Below, one piece after another: positions 45,696 to 55,107 of a stretch of DNA of 64,000 nucleotides. A program made the translations under genes and the position numbers. The first letter of the stretch is position 1. Each line of letters begins with the position of its first letter. The DNA is from Candidatus Nomurabacteria bacterium (GTDB lineage: Bacteria; Patescibacteriota; Minisyncoccia; Phycocordibacterales; UBA9973). The notes below the pieces were generated by a model. The model worked only from the letters and a program-made list of their open reading frames with translations, did not search any database and was not told where the DNA came from. Location: NCBI GenBank assembly GCA_963832025.1, contig CAWHSF010000003.1:15665-79664 (forward strand), written 5' to 3'.

Positions 45696-46430
45696 ATGAA
45701 AGGGGTGATATTGGCAGGAGGCCTCGCCACTCGCCTGCATCCAGTCACGCTTACCGTAAACAAGCATCTCTTGCCGGTTCACGACAAACCGGTTATTTAT
45801 TATGTAATTGAAAAAATGGTGGAAGTTGGTATTGAAAAAATAATGATAGTCACTTCGCCGGCTCATCTGCCGGATTTTGTAAAAATTCTTGGTTCAGGTA
45901 AACACTTTAAAATAAAAAACAGTAAAAAACAATTGCAAATTGTTTATGGCATCCAAAACAAGCCCGAAGGTATTGCGCAAGGGCTTTGGATTGCCAAAGA
46001 TTACATTGGTAAAGATAATTGCATGTTATGCTTGGGCGACAATATCGTCGAAGACAATTTAAATAAATATGTGAAGAATTTCAAAACCGGTTCATTCATC
46101 TTTTTGAAAAAAGTAAAGAACCCGAAATTTTTTGGAATTGCGGAAACCGATAAAAAAGGAAGAGTACTAAAGATTGAGGAAAAACCCAAAAACCCAAAAT
46201 CAAACTTGGCTGTAATCGGAGTTTATCTGTATGACAATACCGTCTTTGATAAATTTAAAGGCATAAAAAAATCGGCCCGAGGAGAATATGAAATTACTTA
46301 TATTAACAATAAATATATAAAACAGGGAAAAATGTCGGCGCACCTACTCACCTCCCCGTGGTTTGATACGGGAAGTTTTGAAGGTTTAAAAGCAGCCAAT
46401 AATTATATAAGCAAGAAAAATAACGGATAA
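45696..46430 (+). CDS. sugar-phosphate nucleotidyltransferase (glucose-1-phosphate thymidylyltransferase-like)
   Basis: MKGVILAGGLATRLHPVT signature. ATG 45696 is preferred over the track start at 45663. Confidence 0.75.
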   Translation: MKGVILAGGLATRLHPVTLTVNKHLLPVHDKPVIYYVIEKMVEVGIEKIMIVTSPAHLPDFVKILGSGKHFKIKNSKKQLQIVYGIQNKPEGIAQGLWIAKDYIGKDNCMLCLGDNIVEDNLNKYVKNFKTGSFIFLKKVKNPKFFGIAETDKKGRVLKIEEKPKNPKSNLAVIGVYLYDNTVFDKFKGIKKSARGEYEITYINNKYIKQGKMSAHLLTSPWFDTGSFEGLKAANNYISKKNNG

Positions 46431-46434
46431 TTTT

Positions 46435-47406
46435 ATGAAGTATAAAAAAACAATTTTAATTACCGGCGGAATGGGTTTTATCGGAAGCAATTTCTTAAAT
46501 ATTTGTGTACCAAAATATAAAAATTATCTTTTCGTTAATATAGATTCCCTGACTAGCGTAGCTGATGTACGTAATGTTTCGGTAAAAAATAAAAAAAATT
46601 ATCGTTTCAAAAAAGTTGATATTCGGAATATTCAAAAACTGGAAAAAATATTCAGGGAATTTAAGATAACGGACATCATCCATTTTGCGGCAGAAACTCA
46701 TGTAGACGTGAGCATACATAACCCAAAAATTTTTGTTGAGACAAACATAAACGGAACACATAATCTCTTAAATCTAGCCTTGAAATACAAAATAAAAAGA
46801 TTCCACCAAATATCGACCGATGAAGTGTACGGTTCATTAAAAAAAGGACAAAAGAGTTTTACCACCAATTCTAATTTAGCACCAAATAATCCTTATTCCG
46901 CCTCCAAGGCTTCCGCTGATTTACTCGTCCGCGCTTATCATAAAACTTTCGGCCTAAATACGATTATTTCCAGATGTACAAATAATTATGGTCCCAATCA
47001 AGACCATTCAAAACTCATACCTAAGTCTATTAAATATATTTTGGCAGGTAAAAAGGTTCCTTTATACGGAAAAGGAGAAAATATCCGTGACTGGATTTAT
47101 GTTGCTGACCACGTGGAAGCCATCGATCTTTTGTTCCACAAAGGTGTTTCCGGAAACGTTTACAACATAGGAGCGAACAATGAAATGACCAACCGAGCCA
47201 TCATAGAGAAATTACTAAAAATGACTAAATTAGATAAGAGCCATATTAAATATGTTCCGGATAGAGCCGGACACGATTTTAGATACGGTATTAATACTAC
47301 GGAATTATTTAAAATAATGAAATGGAAAGCAAGGATTTCCTTTATGGAAGGAATTGAAAAAACTCTTCTATTTTACGCCGAAAAATATAGGTTTTTTATG
47401 GATTAA
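46435..47406 (+). CDS. rfbB: dTDP-glucose 4,6-dehydratase
   Basis: Motifs ITGGMGFIGSNF, STDEVYG and YSASKASAD. Confidence 0.85.
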   Translation: MKYKKTILITGGMGFIGSNFLNICVPKYKNYLFVNIDSLTSVADVRNVSVKNKKNYRFKKVDIRNIQKLEKIFREFKITDIIHFAAETHVDVSIHNPKIFVETNINGTHNLLNLALKYKIKRFHQISTDEVYGSLKKGQKSFTTNSNLAPNNPYSASKASADLLVRAYHKTFGLNTIISRCTNNYGPNQDHSKLIPKSIKYILAGKKVPLYGKGENIRDWIYVADHVEAIDLLFHKGVSGNVYNIGANNEMTNRAIIEKLLKMTKLDKSHIKYVPDRAGHDFRYGINTTELFKIMKWKARISFMEGIEKTLLFYAEKYRFFMD

Positions 47407-47466
47407 AATATTTGTATACTAAAAATTATTATTATATAATGTTGTATACGATAAATCTGCGGAATA

Positions 47467-47946
47467 ATGGCTATGCAAGATATGACTATTAAACTTAAAT
47501 TAAGAAGAAATGTCTGGCCTATTATTACAGTAGTAGCTATTGTATTGGCTGTCTTCTTTTATTTACAAGTTAAAGAGTTAAAACAAAATCCACAAACTGT
47601 TACAGCTCAAGAAACGAGCGCCCTTGTAGCGAAAGTTTCCAAATTAGTATTACTACCGACGAACGAAACACCCACAATTGCAACTGTCTCCGATCCATCA
47701 GCATTAGTCGGTCAATCATTTTTTGATAATGCGCAAAAGGGCGATAAGGTTTTGATATATTCTCAGGCAAAGAAAGCCATATTATATAGTGTTTCGCTTA
47801 ATAAAATTATAAATATTGCTCCATTAAACATAGGAGCAGGGGGCACGACAGGTACAAATCCATTAAATTCCATTACAACACCGACAAGTACCCCAACCTC
47901 TACAACTACAAATAAAACAAAACCGGTTAATACCTCTACTTTCTAG
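47467..47946 (+). CDS. N-terminally anchored hypothetical protein
   Basis: One TM helix and a T/P-rich tail. No motif recognised. Confidence 0.45.
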   Translation: MAMQDMTIKLKLRRNVWPIITVVAIVLAVFFYLQVKELKQNPQTVTAQETSALVAKVSKLVLLPTNETPTIATVSDPSALVGQSFFDNAQKGDKVLIYSQAKKAILYSVSLNKIINIAPLNIGAGGTTGTNPLNSITTPTSTPTSTTTNKTKPVNTSTF

Positions 47947-47953
47947 TTCCGGA

Positions 47954-48394
47954 TTATTGATTTACTGTCGTTGAAGTTGATGACGAGGTACTTACATTTA
48001 ATGTATCAAGGTTCTGAATAATTACCCTAGCATCTTGTCTTGCTGCTTGAAGGTCTTCTGTTGCAATTTTAACTTTGGCACGAGCAGCCTTAAGAGCGGC
48101 AGTGTTTGAAGCAAGCACGGTTTTATTACCTTGGTCCGGAGTTAAAGACAAAATACCATTTACAGCTATGCCAGCTTGGACATTTGCATCGGCAATTTTT
48201 GCATTGAGGTCAGCCAAGGAAGCTTGAAGAGTTGTGGTGTTTTTCCCAGCTGATTGGTCGGCATTTATACGTGTTTGAAGTTTTGCGCTGATAGTTGTAA
48301 ACATACTTACAATAGTATTAACTCTATTTGAAGAAGCCTCTAGGTAGCCTTGTGGAACAACAAGAGCATAAATTCTAAAAGAACCAAAAATCAA
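47954..48394 (-). CDS. hypothetical coiled-coil protein, possibly 5'-truncated
   Basis: The frame is open upstream to a TAG near 48462 with no ATG, and the track start is TTG. No signal peptide. Confidence 0.35.
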   Translation of the reverse strand: MIFGSFRIYALVVPQGYLEASSNRVNTIVSMFTTISAKLQTRINADQSAGKNTTTLQASLADLNAKIADANVQAGIAVNGILSLTPDQGNKTVLASNTAALKAARAKVKIATEDLQAARQDARVIIQNLDTLNVSTSSSTSTTVNQ

Positions 48395-48451
48395 ATTGTC
48401 ATCGCTTTTAGCAATTGTGGTATTTGTATCAGCGTCCTCAGTATTAACAGT

Positions 48452-48658
48452 ATGAAATGGCTAAAACCGATAGAAGAAAAGAAAAAAGTCATTGAGGCCG
48501 CTATCGCAGGGTGGGAACTGGAAAAAGCTAATGGCAGTAAAGCTCAAAAGTCATTTGAGAGAATTAATCTCATGATGCGCGGACTAGTGAACGAAGTGGG
48601 AACTGCTATTAGACAGCATAAGGGTTATATTTATATACCAGATTTAAGAAAAAATTAA
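48452..48658 (+). CDS. small hypothetical protein (68 aa)
   Basis: MKWLKPIEEKKKVIEAAIAGWELEKANG.... The internal ATG of track ORF 48350..48658 is preferred. Confidence 0.35.
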   Translation: MKWLKPIEEKKKVIEAAIAGWELEKANGSKAQKSFERINLMMRGLVNEVGTAIRQHKGYIYIPDLRKN

Positions 48659-48671
48659 CAACTAAAAATAA

Positions 48672-49580
48672 TTAAATCGCATTAACTGCTATACTTGAAT
48701 TATTTTTAAAATCTACATTTTTGGCATTGTGATTATTATAAAAACGCTTAGCTAATTCACTCACTTGCATCCATAGAAATGACCAGATCCAAACTAGAAT
48801 AATGTATTTAAAAGAAATTGCTGTAGTAAATATACCAAAAAATGCAATAAGGCTGGCAATAATTTGAGTTATGATAGTTGCCCAAATAACTTGTTTTGAT
48901 GGTAAGAATTTATACCAAGGTTTTTCAGTATGTGCAACATAAACCAGCATGTGTCCTGATACTGTAAGTTTTAAGAAAAATAATGTTTGGATAATAATCC
49001 ATGGTGCGTGAAAAACGGTAATAGCAATCCAAAGTAAAATCATACTATTACAAATACCAGTGAATCCAAAAAGCAGACTAAGGGCAAAACGCTTTCTTGG
49101 ATTCACACTAGCTGGAGCTTTGGCTAAAGTAACTCGGTCAAAAGCGAGAGAAATAATGGGAATATCATTCAAAAGAGCAATCAAAATAATTTGCACTGGC
49201 GTCAGAGGATAAGTGCCAAAAATCACACCAATAATAGCAATTGTCACAATTAATCTGAAACTTTCCGAGATTCGATAAAGCGAATAATTATACAACCGAG
49301 TAAAAACATTTCTTGCTTCTATAATTGCATCTTTGATCACAGCGATACCTGGCAGAGTTAAAACTATATCTGCTGTGCCCTTGAGCGCATCAACTGCATT
49401 TGCCACAGCGAAACCCACATTCGCTGCTTTGATTGGTGGCACATCATTTACACCGTCACCCGTAACCGCCACGACATATTTTTCTGGCAAAGATTGTGCC
49501 ATTTTCACTAAATCATATTTATCTTTCGGAAGAACTTCAGCAAAGCCAGCAAGTGAATTGAATTTTTCTTTTACTCCATC
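48672..49580 (-). pseudogene. P-type ATPase, C-terminal third only (5'-truncated)
   Basis: Contains GFAEVLPKDKYDLV, TGDGVNDVPPIKAANVGFAV and C-terminal TM helices. The frame runs without a start into the 3' end of the tRNA-Asp-like gene. Confidence 0.7.
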
Positions 49581-49653
49581 AACACCGACCGGATTTGAAC
49601 CGGCAACCTCCCGCGTGACAGGCGGGTGCTCTAACCAGTTGAGCTACGATCGC
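49581..49653 (-). tRNA. tRNA-Asp (anticodon GTC)-like with a non-complementary acceptor 3' strand
   Basis: The D, anticodon (CCCGC-CTGTCAC-GCGGG) and T arms fold normally. The 5' strand GCGATCG faces CGGTGTT instead of CGATCGC, and homology is lost at about nt 68 (49585). Confidence 0.55.
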
Positions 49654-49704
49654 ATATATTTGATTTACAAACCGACACCTTCTTATTGCTTTCGTTTCCG
49701 CCTT

Positions 49705-49773
49705 GGCGGGTGCTCTAACCAGTTGAGCCCGCCCGAGCGACTGAAGCCGTTCAGTCGGGCGGGCTACGATCGC
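49705..49773 (-). other. truncated 5' copy of tRNA-Asp (nt 1-31) carrying a 36-nt GC-rich palindrome at the nt 9/10 junction
   Basis: ggcgggtgctctaaccagttgag...ctacgatcgc is identical to the adjacent tRNA. It is interrupted by CCCGCCCGAGCGACTGAAGCCGTTCAGTCGGGCGGG (49728..49763). Confidence 0.7.
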
Positions 49774-49801
49774 ATTTTCGGAACTTTATTTGCTCCGACT
49801 G

Positions 49802-49874
49802 TGTCGGCGGGAAGACTTGCACTTCCGACATTGGGCTTATGAGTCCCATGCTCTACTACCTGAGCTACGCCGAC
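49802..49874 (-). tRNA. tRNA with CAT anticodon (Met or Ile2), atypical T-loop
   Basis: Acceptor GTCGGCG/CGCCGAC, anticodon loop CTCATAA, A31/G39 mismatch, T arm GGAAG-TGCAAGT-CTTCC (G at position 55). Confidence 0.6.
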
Positions 49875-49930
49875 ATTTATATTTTATCGGTAATAGACAT
49901 GAGTTATATGGCATGTCACGTGCCGACTTG

Positions 49931-50001
49931 TTGCGGGAGGCCGAATCGAACGGCCGTCTCAAGGTTATGAGCCTTGCGAGATGCCTCTTCTCTATCCCGC
50001 T
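49931..50001 (-). tRNA. tRNA with CAT anticodon, A1/A72 mismatch
   Basis: Acceptor AGCGGGA/TCCCGCA, D stem GAGA/TCTC, anticodon stem CAAGG/CCTTG with loop CTCATAA, T arm GGCCG-TTCGATT-CGGCC. Confidence 0.6.
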
Positions 50002-50040
50002 ATATGTTAAAACTTATTTTATTATAGAAAACTACTTTTA

Positions 50041-50106
50041 GGCTCATAACCTTGGGTTATTCGCGCTATTAGTCTTTCTGGAGATGCCTCTTCTCTATCC
50101 CGCTAT
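50041..50106 (-). other. leader containing a 24-nt 5' copy of the CAT tRNA plus a 14-nt antisense match to its anticodon arm
   Basis: 50081..50104 repeats 49978..50001. The plus strand at 50041..50054 (ggctcataaccttg) is the reverse complement of 49960..49973. Confidence 0.65.
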
Positions 50107-50186
50107 GTAAAAAATCACAAAACTACACTTTAAAAGGATGTTTTTTGAGACTACTTTATTTTACCTTAAATTTTCTAAAAAGCAAC

Positions 50187-50828
50187 CTAGATATATCCAT
50201 AGGTATGAAACATTTCTTCGTATAAAGCGATAATCCTTTTTGCTTCATGTTGAGAAAGTTCAAAAGACAATCCTTCGTGAGCTATTCTATTTCTGACAGT
50301 ATGCACTTCCCAAGCGATGGTGAGTTGCGGGAAAGTTTCTTGATTGGCCATTTTTAATTTATCACCCAAGCTTTCACCTTTAAAACCAAGCTGGTCCAAT
50401 AAATTATCGAGAATTGAGTCGGCTTCAATAATTGCCAGTTTCCAATCACTTGCATGTTGGGAAAATAGATAGCCCAAAACCTTGCCCCAATGTTCATTTT
50501 TTGAACCTCCGACTTCTTCGTGTAAATGTTTTTCATATTCTGCTTTATTGTGCGCATATTCTTCTATTTCATGATGTAGATATTCATGTTCTTTTTTTCT
50601 AATTTCAAATAAACGAACTATCGTGTAACAAATTATCGCTACAAAAAATATTGCCAAGAAAAAAAGTAAGGTTCTGGCTAAAGCCAAGAATTGAGGGCTA
50701 AAAAGAAAATTCCAAAGTTGCACCACGGCGGGAAATAAATGATTAAACAAGTATCCTGGGTCGAGATATCTAGAATCAAGGAACGTTCCAGTGTTGGGAT
50801 TATTTAGAGGCGCGGTGGCTGGTTGCAT
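50187..50828 (-). CDS. membrane-anchored hypothetical protein
   Basis: One or two TM helices followed by a helical His/Glu-rich domain. No family recognised. Confidence 0.45.
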   Translation of the reverse strand: MQPATAPLNNPNTGTFLDSRYLDPGYLFNHLFPAVVQLWNFLFSPQFLALARTLLFFLAIFFVAIICYTIVRLFEIRKKEHEYLHHEIEEYAHNKAEYEKHLHEEVGGSKNEHWGKVLGYLFSQHASDWKLAIIEADSILDNLLDQLGFKGESLGDKLKMANQETFPQLTIAWEVHTVRNRIAHEGLSFELSQHEAKRIIALYEEMFHTYGYI

Positions 50829-50854
50829 ATATAAAATTATACCATAACTTTATT

Positions 50855-52276
50855 TTATCTGATTGTTTCAAAATCTTTACCTACTTGAAAAAGTAAATCT
50901 TCCCTGCCATGTGGTGCCATAAATTGAACACCTAGAGGTAATTTTTTTCCTTCTTCCTCCACAAAACCAGCAGGGATAGAGACAGCTGGCATGCCTGTCA
51001 TATTGGCAGGAGCAGTAAAGATATCTTCCAAATACATTTTTACCGGATCATTTACTTTTTCGCCAATCTTGAACGCCGGACCCGTAGTGGTCGGAGTTAG
51101 TATCAGGTCAACTTTTTCAAATGCATTATTATAATCTTTTATGATCAATTTTCGGACAGCTGTCGCTTTATTATAGAATGCATCATAATACCCGGCAGAC
51201 AATACATATGTACCTAATAAGATTCTTCGTTTAACTTCCTTACCATATCCGGCACCCTTTGTCTTGAAATAATCATCTGTAAGATTTATGCCATCTTTAT
51301 GTAAACCATATCGCACGCCATCATAGCGAGCCAAGTTAGTTGAAGCTTCGGCTGGAACAATAATATAATAACTCGGTACTGTATATTTTACATACGGTAA
51401 TTCTATATCTTTTACTTGGTATCCTAGAGATTTTACTTTTTCAGTTACTTTTTCAAAATTAGCCAACACTCGCGGATCGACGCCTTCTCCAATCAGATGT
51501 CGGGGGATTCCAATCACCGGTTTTTTAATATCTTTTTTCTGATAAAAATCTAAGGGTATTGAAGTGCTATCTAGTTCATCTTTTCCTTCTATCGCATGGA
51601 AAATAATTTCGGCATCAGAAATATTTCTTGTTATAGGTCCTATAACATCCAGCGAAGAAGCCATGGCAATGAGACCGTTTCGAGATACTGATCCGTATGT
51701 CGGCTTGAATCCAACCACTCCACAAAAAGCTGCTGGTTGCCTACACGAACCTCCAGTGTCAGATCCAAGAGCTACGAGTGCCATAAGAGCTGCAATAGCT
51801 ACCACAGAACCTCCCGAAGAACCTCCAGGAACTCGAGATGTATCGAAAGGATTTTTGGTGACACCATATGGCGAAGTTTCAGTGGAAACCCCCATAGCAC
51901 TATCGTCCATATTTGTTCGCCCAATAATTACGGCTCCGAAACTTCTTAATTTTTTGATTACAGTTGAGTCATATGCAGCAGTATAATTTCTCAAAATGTT
52001 TGAACCTGAAGAAGCAATGTGTCCAGTGAATAAAATATTATCTTTGATAGCAAAAGGAATACCAGTGAGCATGGAAGCTGTGTTATTTTTGAATTTCTGG
52101 TCAGCTTCATCTGCTTGCAGTAACACATCTCCATACACTTCAATGAAAACATTGAGTTCATCATTTTTTTCTTTAATATTTTTTAAATATGCTTCCACGA
52201 GATTACGACAAGTGTACTCTCCTGCTAATAAACTCTCGTGCGCTTTTGCTATTGTTAGATTTTTAAGATCAATCAT
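50855..52276 (-). CDS. gatA: Asp/Glu-tRNA amidotransferase subunit A
   Basis: Amidase signature (GGSSGGSVVAIAA, GSDTGGSCRQPAAFCG). Lies downstream of gatC. Confidence 0.9.
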   Translation of the reverse strand: MIDLKNLTIAKAHESLLAGEYTCRNLVEAYLKNIKEKNDELNVFIEVYGDVLLQADEADQKFKNNTASMLTGIPFAIKDNILFTGHIASSGSNILRNYTAAYDSTVIKKLRSFGAVIIGRTNMDDSAMGVSTETSPYGVTKNPFDTSRVPGGSSGGSVVAIAALMALVALGSDTGGSCRQPAAFCGVVGFKPTYGSVSRNGLIAMASSLDVIGPITRNISDAEIIFHAIEGKDELDSTSIPLDFYQKKDIKKPVIGIPRHLIGEGVDPRVLANFEKVTEKVKSLGYQVKDIELPYVKYTVPSYYIIVPAEASTNLARYDGVRYGLHKDGINLTDDYFKTKGAGYGKEVKRRILLGTYVLSAGYYDAFYNKATAVRKLIIKDYNNAFEKVDLILTPTTTGPAFKIGEKVNDPVKMYLEDIFTAPANMTGMPAVSIPAGFVEEEGKKLPLGVQFMAPHGREDLLFQVGKDFETIR

Positions 52277-52304
52277 AAATTTTATTTATAGTGAGCTTGC
52301 CGAA

Positions 52305-52577
52305 CTAGAGGATTTTTTTTACTTTTACAAACCCATCTTGAGAGGCTGGAAACTGGTTTTTGATAAGTTTTTCTGAAAATTCTCTCGGTTCCAGTATATC
52401 CTCGCGCCAGATATTATATAAATCATAGACTGATTTACTGTCCTCCATGTGAACGGCCTCCACTTGTTTTACATAATCCAAAATACCGTCCATGTCTTTC
52501 AGGATTTGAATTTTTTCTTCTTCGGATAGTTCAATTCTAGAGAGCTCTGCCAATTTTTCTACGTCTTTAATTTCCAT
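52305..52577 (-). CDS. gatC: Asp/Glu-tRNA amidotransferase subunit C
   Basis: MEIKDVEKLAELSRIELSEEEK...WREDILEP. ATG 52577 is preferred over the track start at 52613. Confidence 0.8.
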   Translation of the reverse strand: MEIKDVEKLAELSRIELSEEEKIQILKDMDGILDYVKQVEAVHMEDSKSVYDLYNIWREDILEPREFSEKLIKNQFPASQDGFVKVKKIL

Positions 52578-52602
52578 AATATAAAGAGAGTATACCCCAA
52601 AA

Positions 52603-53508
52603 TTAATTACCAATCAAAGCTTTAATTCTCTCTTCGATTGGCGGATGAGTGGAAAACAGGTTCAAAAAGACATTAGCTTTTTTTACCGAATTTGAACCAC
52701 CTCGGGGGTCGGCAATATACAAATGCGCAATCGCACTTGATTGATGAACCATCGGTCGGCTATATTGCGAAATTTTTTGAAGGGCGCTGGCTAATCCTTC
52801 CGGATAGCGAGTAAGCAATGCGCCGGATGCATCGGCCAAGAATTCCCTTTTTCTGGAAATGGCAAGTTGTATTAAGACAGCCACAATTGGCGCCAAAATT
52901 GATAAAATAATTCCAATTACCATAATAATTGCGCCTTCTTCCCCTTCGTTGTTATTTCTGCGTCCTCCGCCGAAAAACAAACTGTTCCGGAAGACACTTG
53001 CCAGAATGGAAATAAAACCAACCAAGACCACCACCACAGTGGAAAGCAACATGTCGCGGTTTCCAACATGCGAGAGTTCATGCGCTATTACTCCTTCCAA
53101 TTCTGTCTTGTTTAAAATAGCGAGAAGACCGGTCGTAGCGCAAACCACGGCATGTTCTTTATTTCTACCTGTTGCAAAAGCATTCGGTGCGGGGTCATTG
53201 ACGATGTAAACTTTTGGCATCGGCAAACCAGCAGTAATAGAAAGATTTTCAATAATTGTATATAAATCAAAATTTTCTTCCTTACTAGCTTCTTTCGCAC
53301 CCGCCAGTTTAAGAACAATTTTGTCCGAATACCAGTAAGAAAAAATATTCATTAATATGCTAAAAGCGACAAAAATATACAGGATGTCCGGGTTGCCGTA
53401 GTAATAACTAAAAGCCCAGCCGATGGCCACAACCACGACAAAAAATACGGTCATCAGAAACCACGTTTTTTCAACATTTTTTGTTTGCTCAGTGTATAAA
53501 GTGGCCAT
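52603..53508 (-). CDS. htpX: M48 zinc metalloprotease HtpX
   Basis: TM helices, HELSHV (HExxH) and a C-terminal STHPPIEERI. Confidence 0.85.
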   Translation of the reverse strand: MATLYTEQTKNVEKTWFLMTVFFVVVVAIGWAFSYYYGNPDILYIFVAFSILMNIFSYWYSDKIVLKLAGAKEASKEENFDLYTIIENLSITAGLPMPKVYIVNDPAPNAFATGRNKEHAVVCATTGLLAILNKTELEGVIAHELSHVGNRDMLLSTVVVVLVGFISILASVFRNSLFFGGGRRNNNEGEEGAIIMVIGIILSILAPIVAVLIQLAISRKREFLADASGALLTRYPEGLASALQKISQYSRPMVHQSSAIAHLYIADPRGGSNSVKKANVFLNLFSTHPPIEERIKALIGN

Positions 53509-53514
53509 TTGAAA

Positions 53515-54066
53515 TTAAAATTTCACTTCCACCGGATTTTGCGCAGCGTCGTTTTCTGCAAGATCAAATAATTGCATTGGTAAAAAGTGAAAAACTGTTG
53601 CAAAAATGTTTGAAGGAAAAGATTGAATTTTTATGTTCAAGTCGCGAACATTTGCATTGTAAAATCTGCGGGCGGCTTGAATTTTATTTTCCGTATCGGA
53701 AAGTTCGTTTTGCAATGCCAAGAAATTTTGGTTGGCCTTTAAATCTGGATATGCCTCCGCTATGGCAAAAACAGATTTGAGGGCACCGGAGAGCGTGTTT
53801 TCTGCGCCCGCTTTATCCGCCAAATTCCCTCCTACTCCCATCGCTGCGCTGCGAGCTTTGGTCACATTTTCAAAAGCAGAGCTTTCATGTGTCGCATAGC
53901 CTTTGACGGTATTTACTAAATTTGGAATCAAATCGTATCGGCGTTTGAGTTGAACTTCAATGTCCGCCCAAGCTTCTTTAGCGCGATTGGTCAAAGAAAC
54001 CAAGCCGTTAAAGGCAAAAATAGCCCATAAAACCAAAACTGCTAAAATTATATATAAGTAAATCAT
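53515..54066 (-). CDS. lemA: LemA family protein
   Basis: N-terminal TM helix plus LemA motifs (RRYDLIPNLV, ARRFYNANVRD). Confidence 0.85.
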   Translation of the reverse strand: MIYLYIILAVLVLWAIFAFNGLVSLTNRAKEAWADIEVQLKRRYDLIPNLVNTVKGYATHESSAFENVTKARSAAMGVGGNLADKAGAENTLSGALKSVFAIAEAYPDLKANQNFLALQNELSDTENKIQAARRFYNANVRDLNIKIQSFPSNIFATVFHFLPMQLFDLAENDAAQNPVEVKF

Positions 54067-54160
54067 AATATTTTTATTTTCAGCCTCAGGCTGGTCCGCC
54101 TCGGGCGGAAGTTATTTATAATTAAGCTAATTATAGCACAAAACACAACAATAGAATTTT

Positions 54161-55069
54161 CTACTTGGCTTTCTTTTTCTGCCATTCTTCCACAAAAACC
54201 AAGAGTGGTGAAGCTAGGAAAATTGAAGAATAGGTTCCGAAGAACATGCCCGCGATAAGCATCAATGCAAAATATTGGGTAGAAACAGGACCAAAGAAAT
54301 ACAAGGCAAGCAAAACAAGAATGACGGTAAGTGATGTGCAAATAGAACGAACATATGATTGTTCCAAACTTTTACCGACAATTTGTCCAAAATTCATTTT
54401 TGCAACTTCGCTTTGATGTCTCAAATTTTCTCTGATTCTGTCAAAAATAACGATTGTGTCGGAAACAGAAAGACCCAGAATTGTCAGAATCGCCACCACA
54501 AAAAGTGTATCCACTTCCGCGCCATAAAAATGAGACAGCACCACAAATATCCCTACGGGAATAGCTACGTCATGCAAGAGTGTAATGATAGCAATCAAAC
54601 CATACTTCCAAGAAGAAATCGGTTTGGAAACTTTTCTGAAAGCAAAAGCAATAAAACAGATAATCGCAAGAGAAATTAAAATAACGGCTAAAATTGCTTT
54701 TCTGGTAAGCTCTGCGCCGACGGATGGACCGATAGAATCAAAACTTAATTCAGTTAGAGAACTTGCATTCCCTCCCGAAAGCGTTTGTAAAAGTAAAGTA
54801 TGTTCAGCGTCGGTTAAATCTCGAGACTTTACAATGTAACCCAAATCTCCGGTCGGCTGTAAGGAAATATCACCAAAACCAAGTGCAGCCAGAGGTTTTG
54901 TTAAATCAGCTTGAGAAGGACGTACCGTGGTATATGCAACTTCCGTTAAAGCGCCACCCTTAAAATCAATACCGATTTTTAATCCAAAAACACCAAGTGC
55001 GATAAGAGACAACACGACCAATGTTATAGATATACCGACGAATATTTTTTTATGATTGATTATAAACAT
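54161..55069 (-). CDS. secF: protein translocase subunit SecF
   Basis: IDFKGG and six TM helices. Follows secD. Confidence 0.85.
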   Translation of the reverse strand: MFIINHKKIFVGISITLVVLSLIALGVFGLKIGIDFKGGALTEVAYTTVRPSQADLTKPLAALGFGDISLQPTGDLGYIVKSRDLTDAEHTLLLQTLSGGNASSLTELSFDSIGPSVGAELTRKAILAVILISLAIICFIAFAFRKVSKPISSWKYGLIAIITLLHDVAIPVGIFVVLSHFYGAEVDTLFVVAILTILGLSVSDTIVIFDRIRENLRHQSEVAKMNFGQIVGKSLEQSYVRSICTSLTVILVLLALYFFGPVSTQYFALMLIAGMFFGTYSSIFLASPLLVFVEEWQKKKAK

Positions 55070-55107
55070 ATTTTTTATTTAGAATTATTTATAGTGAGCT
55101 TGCCGAA

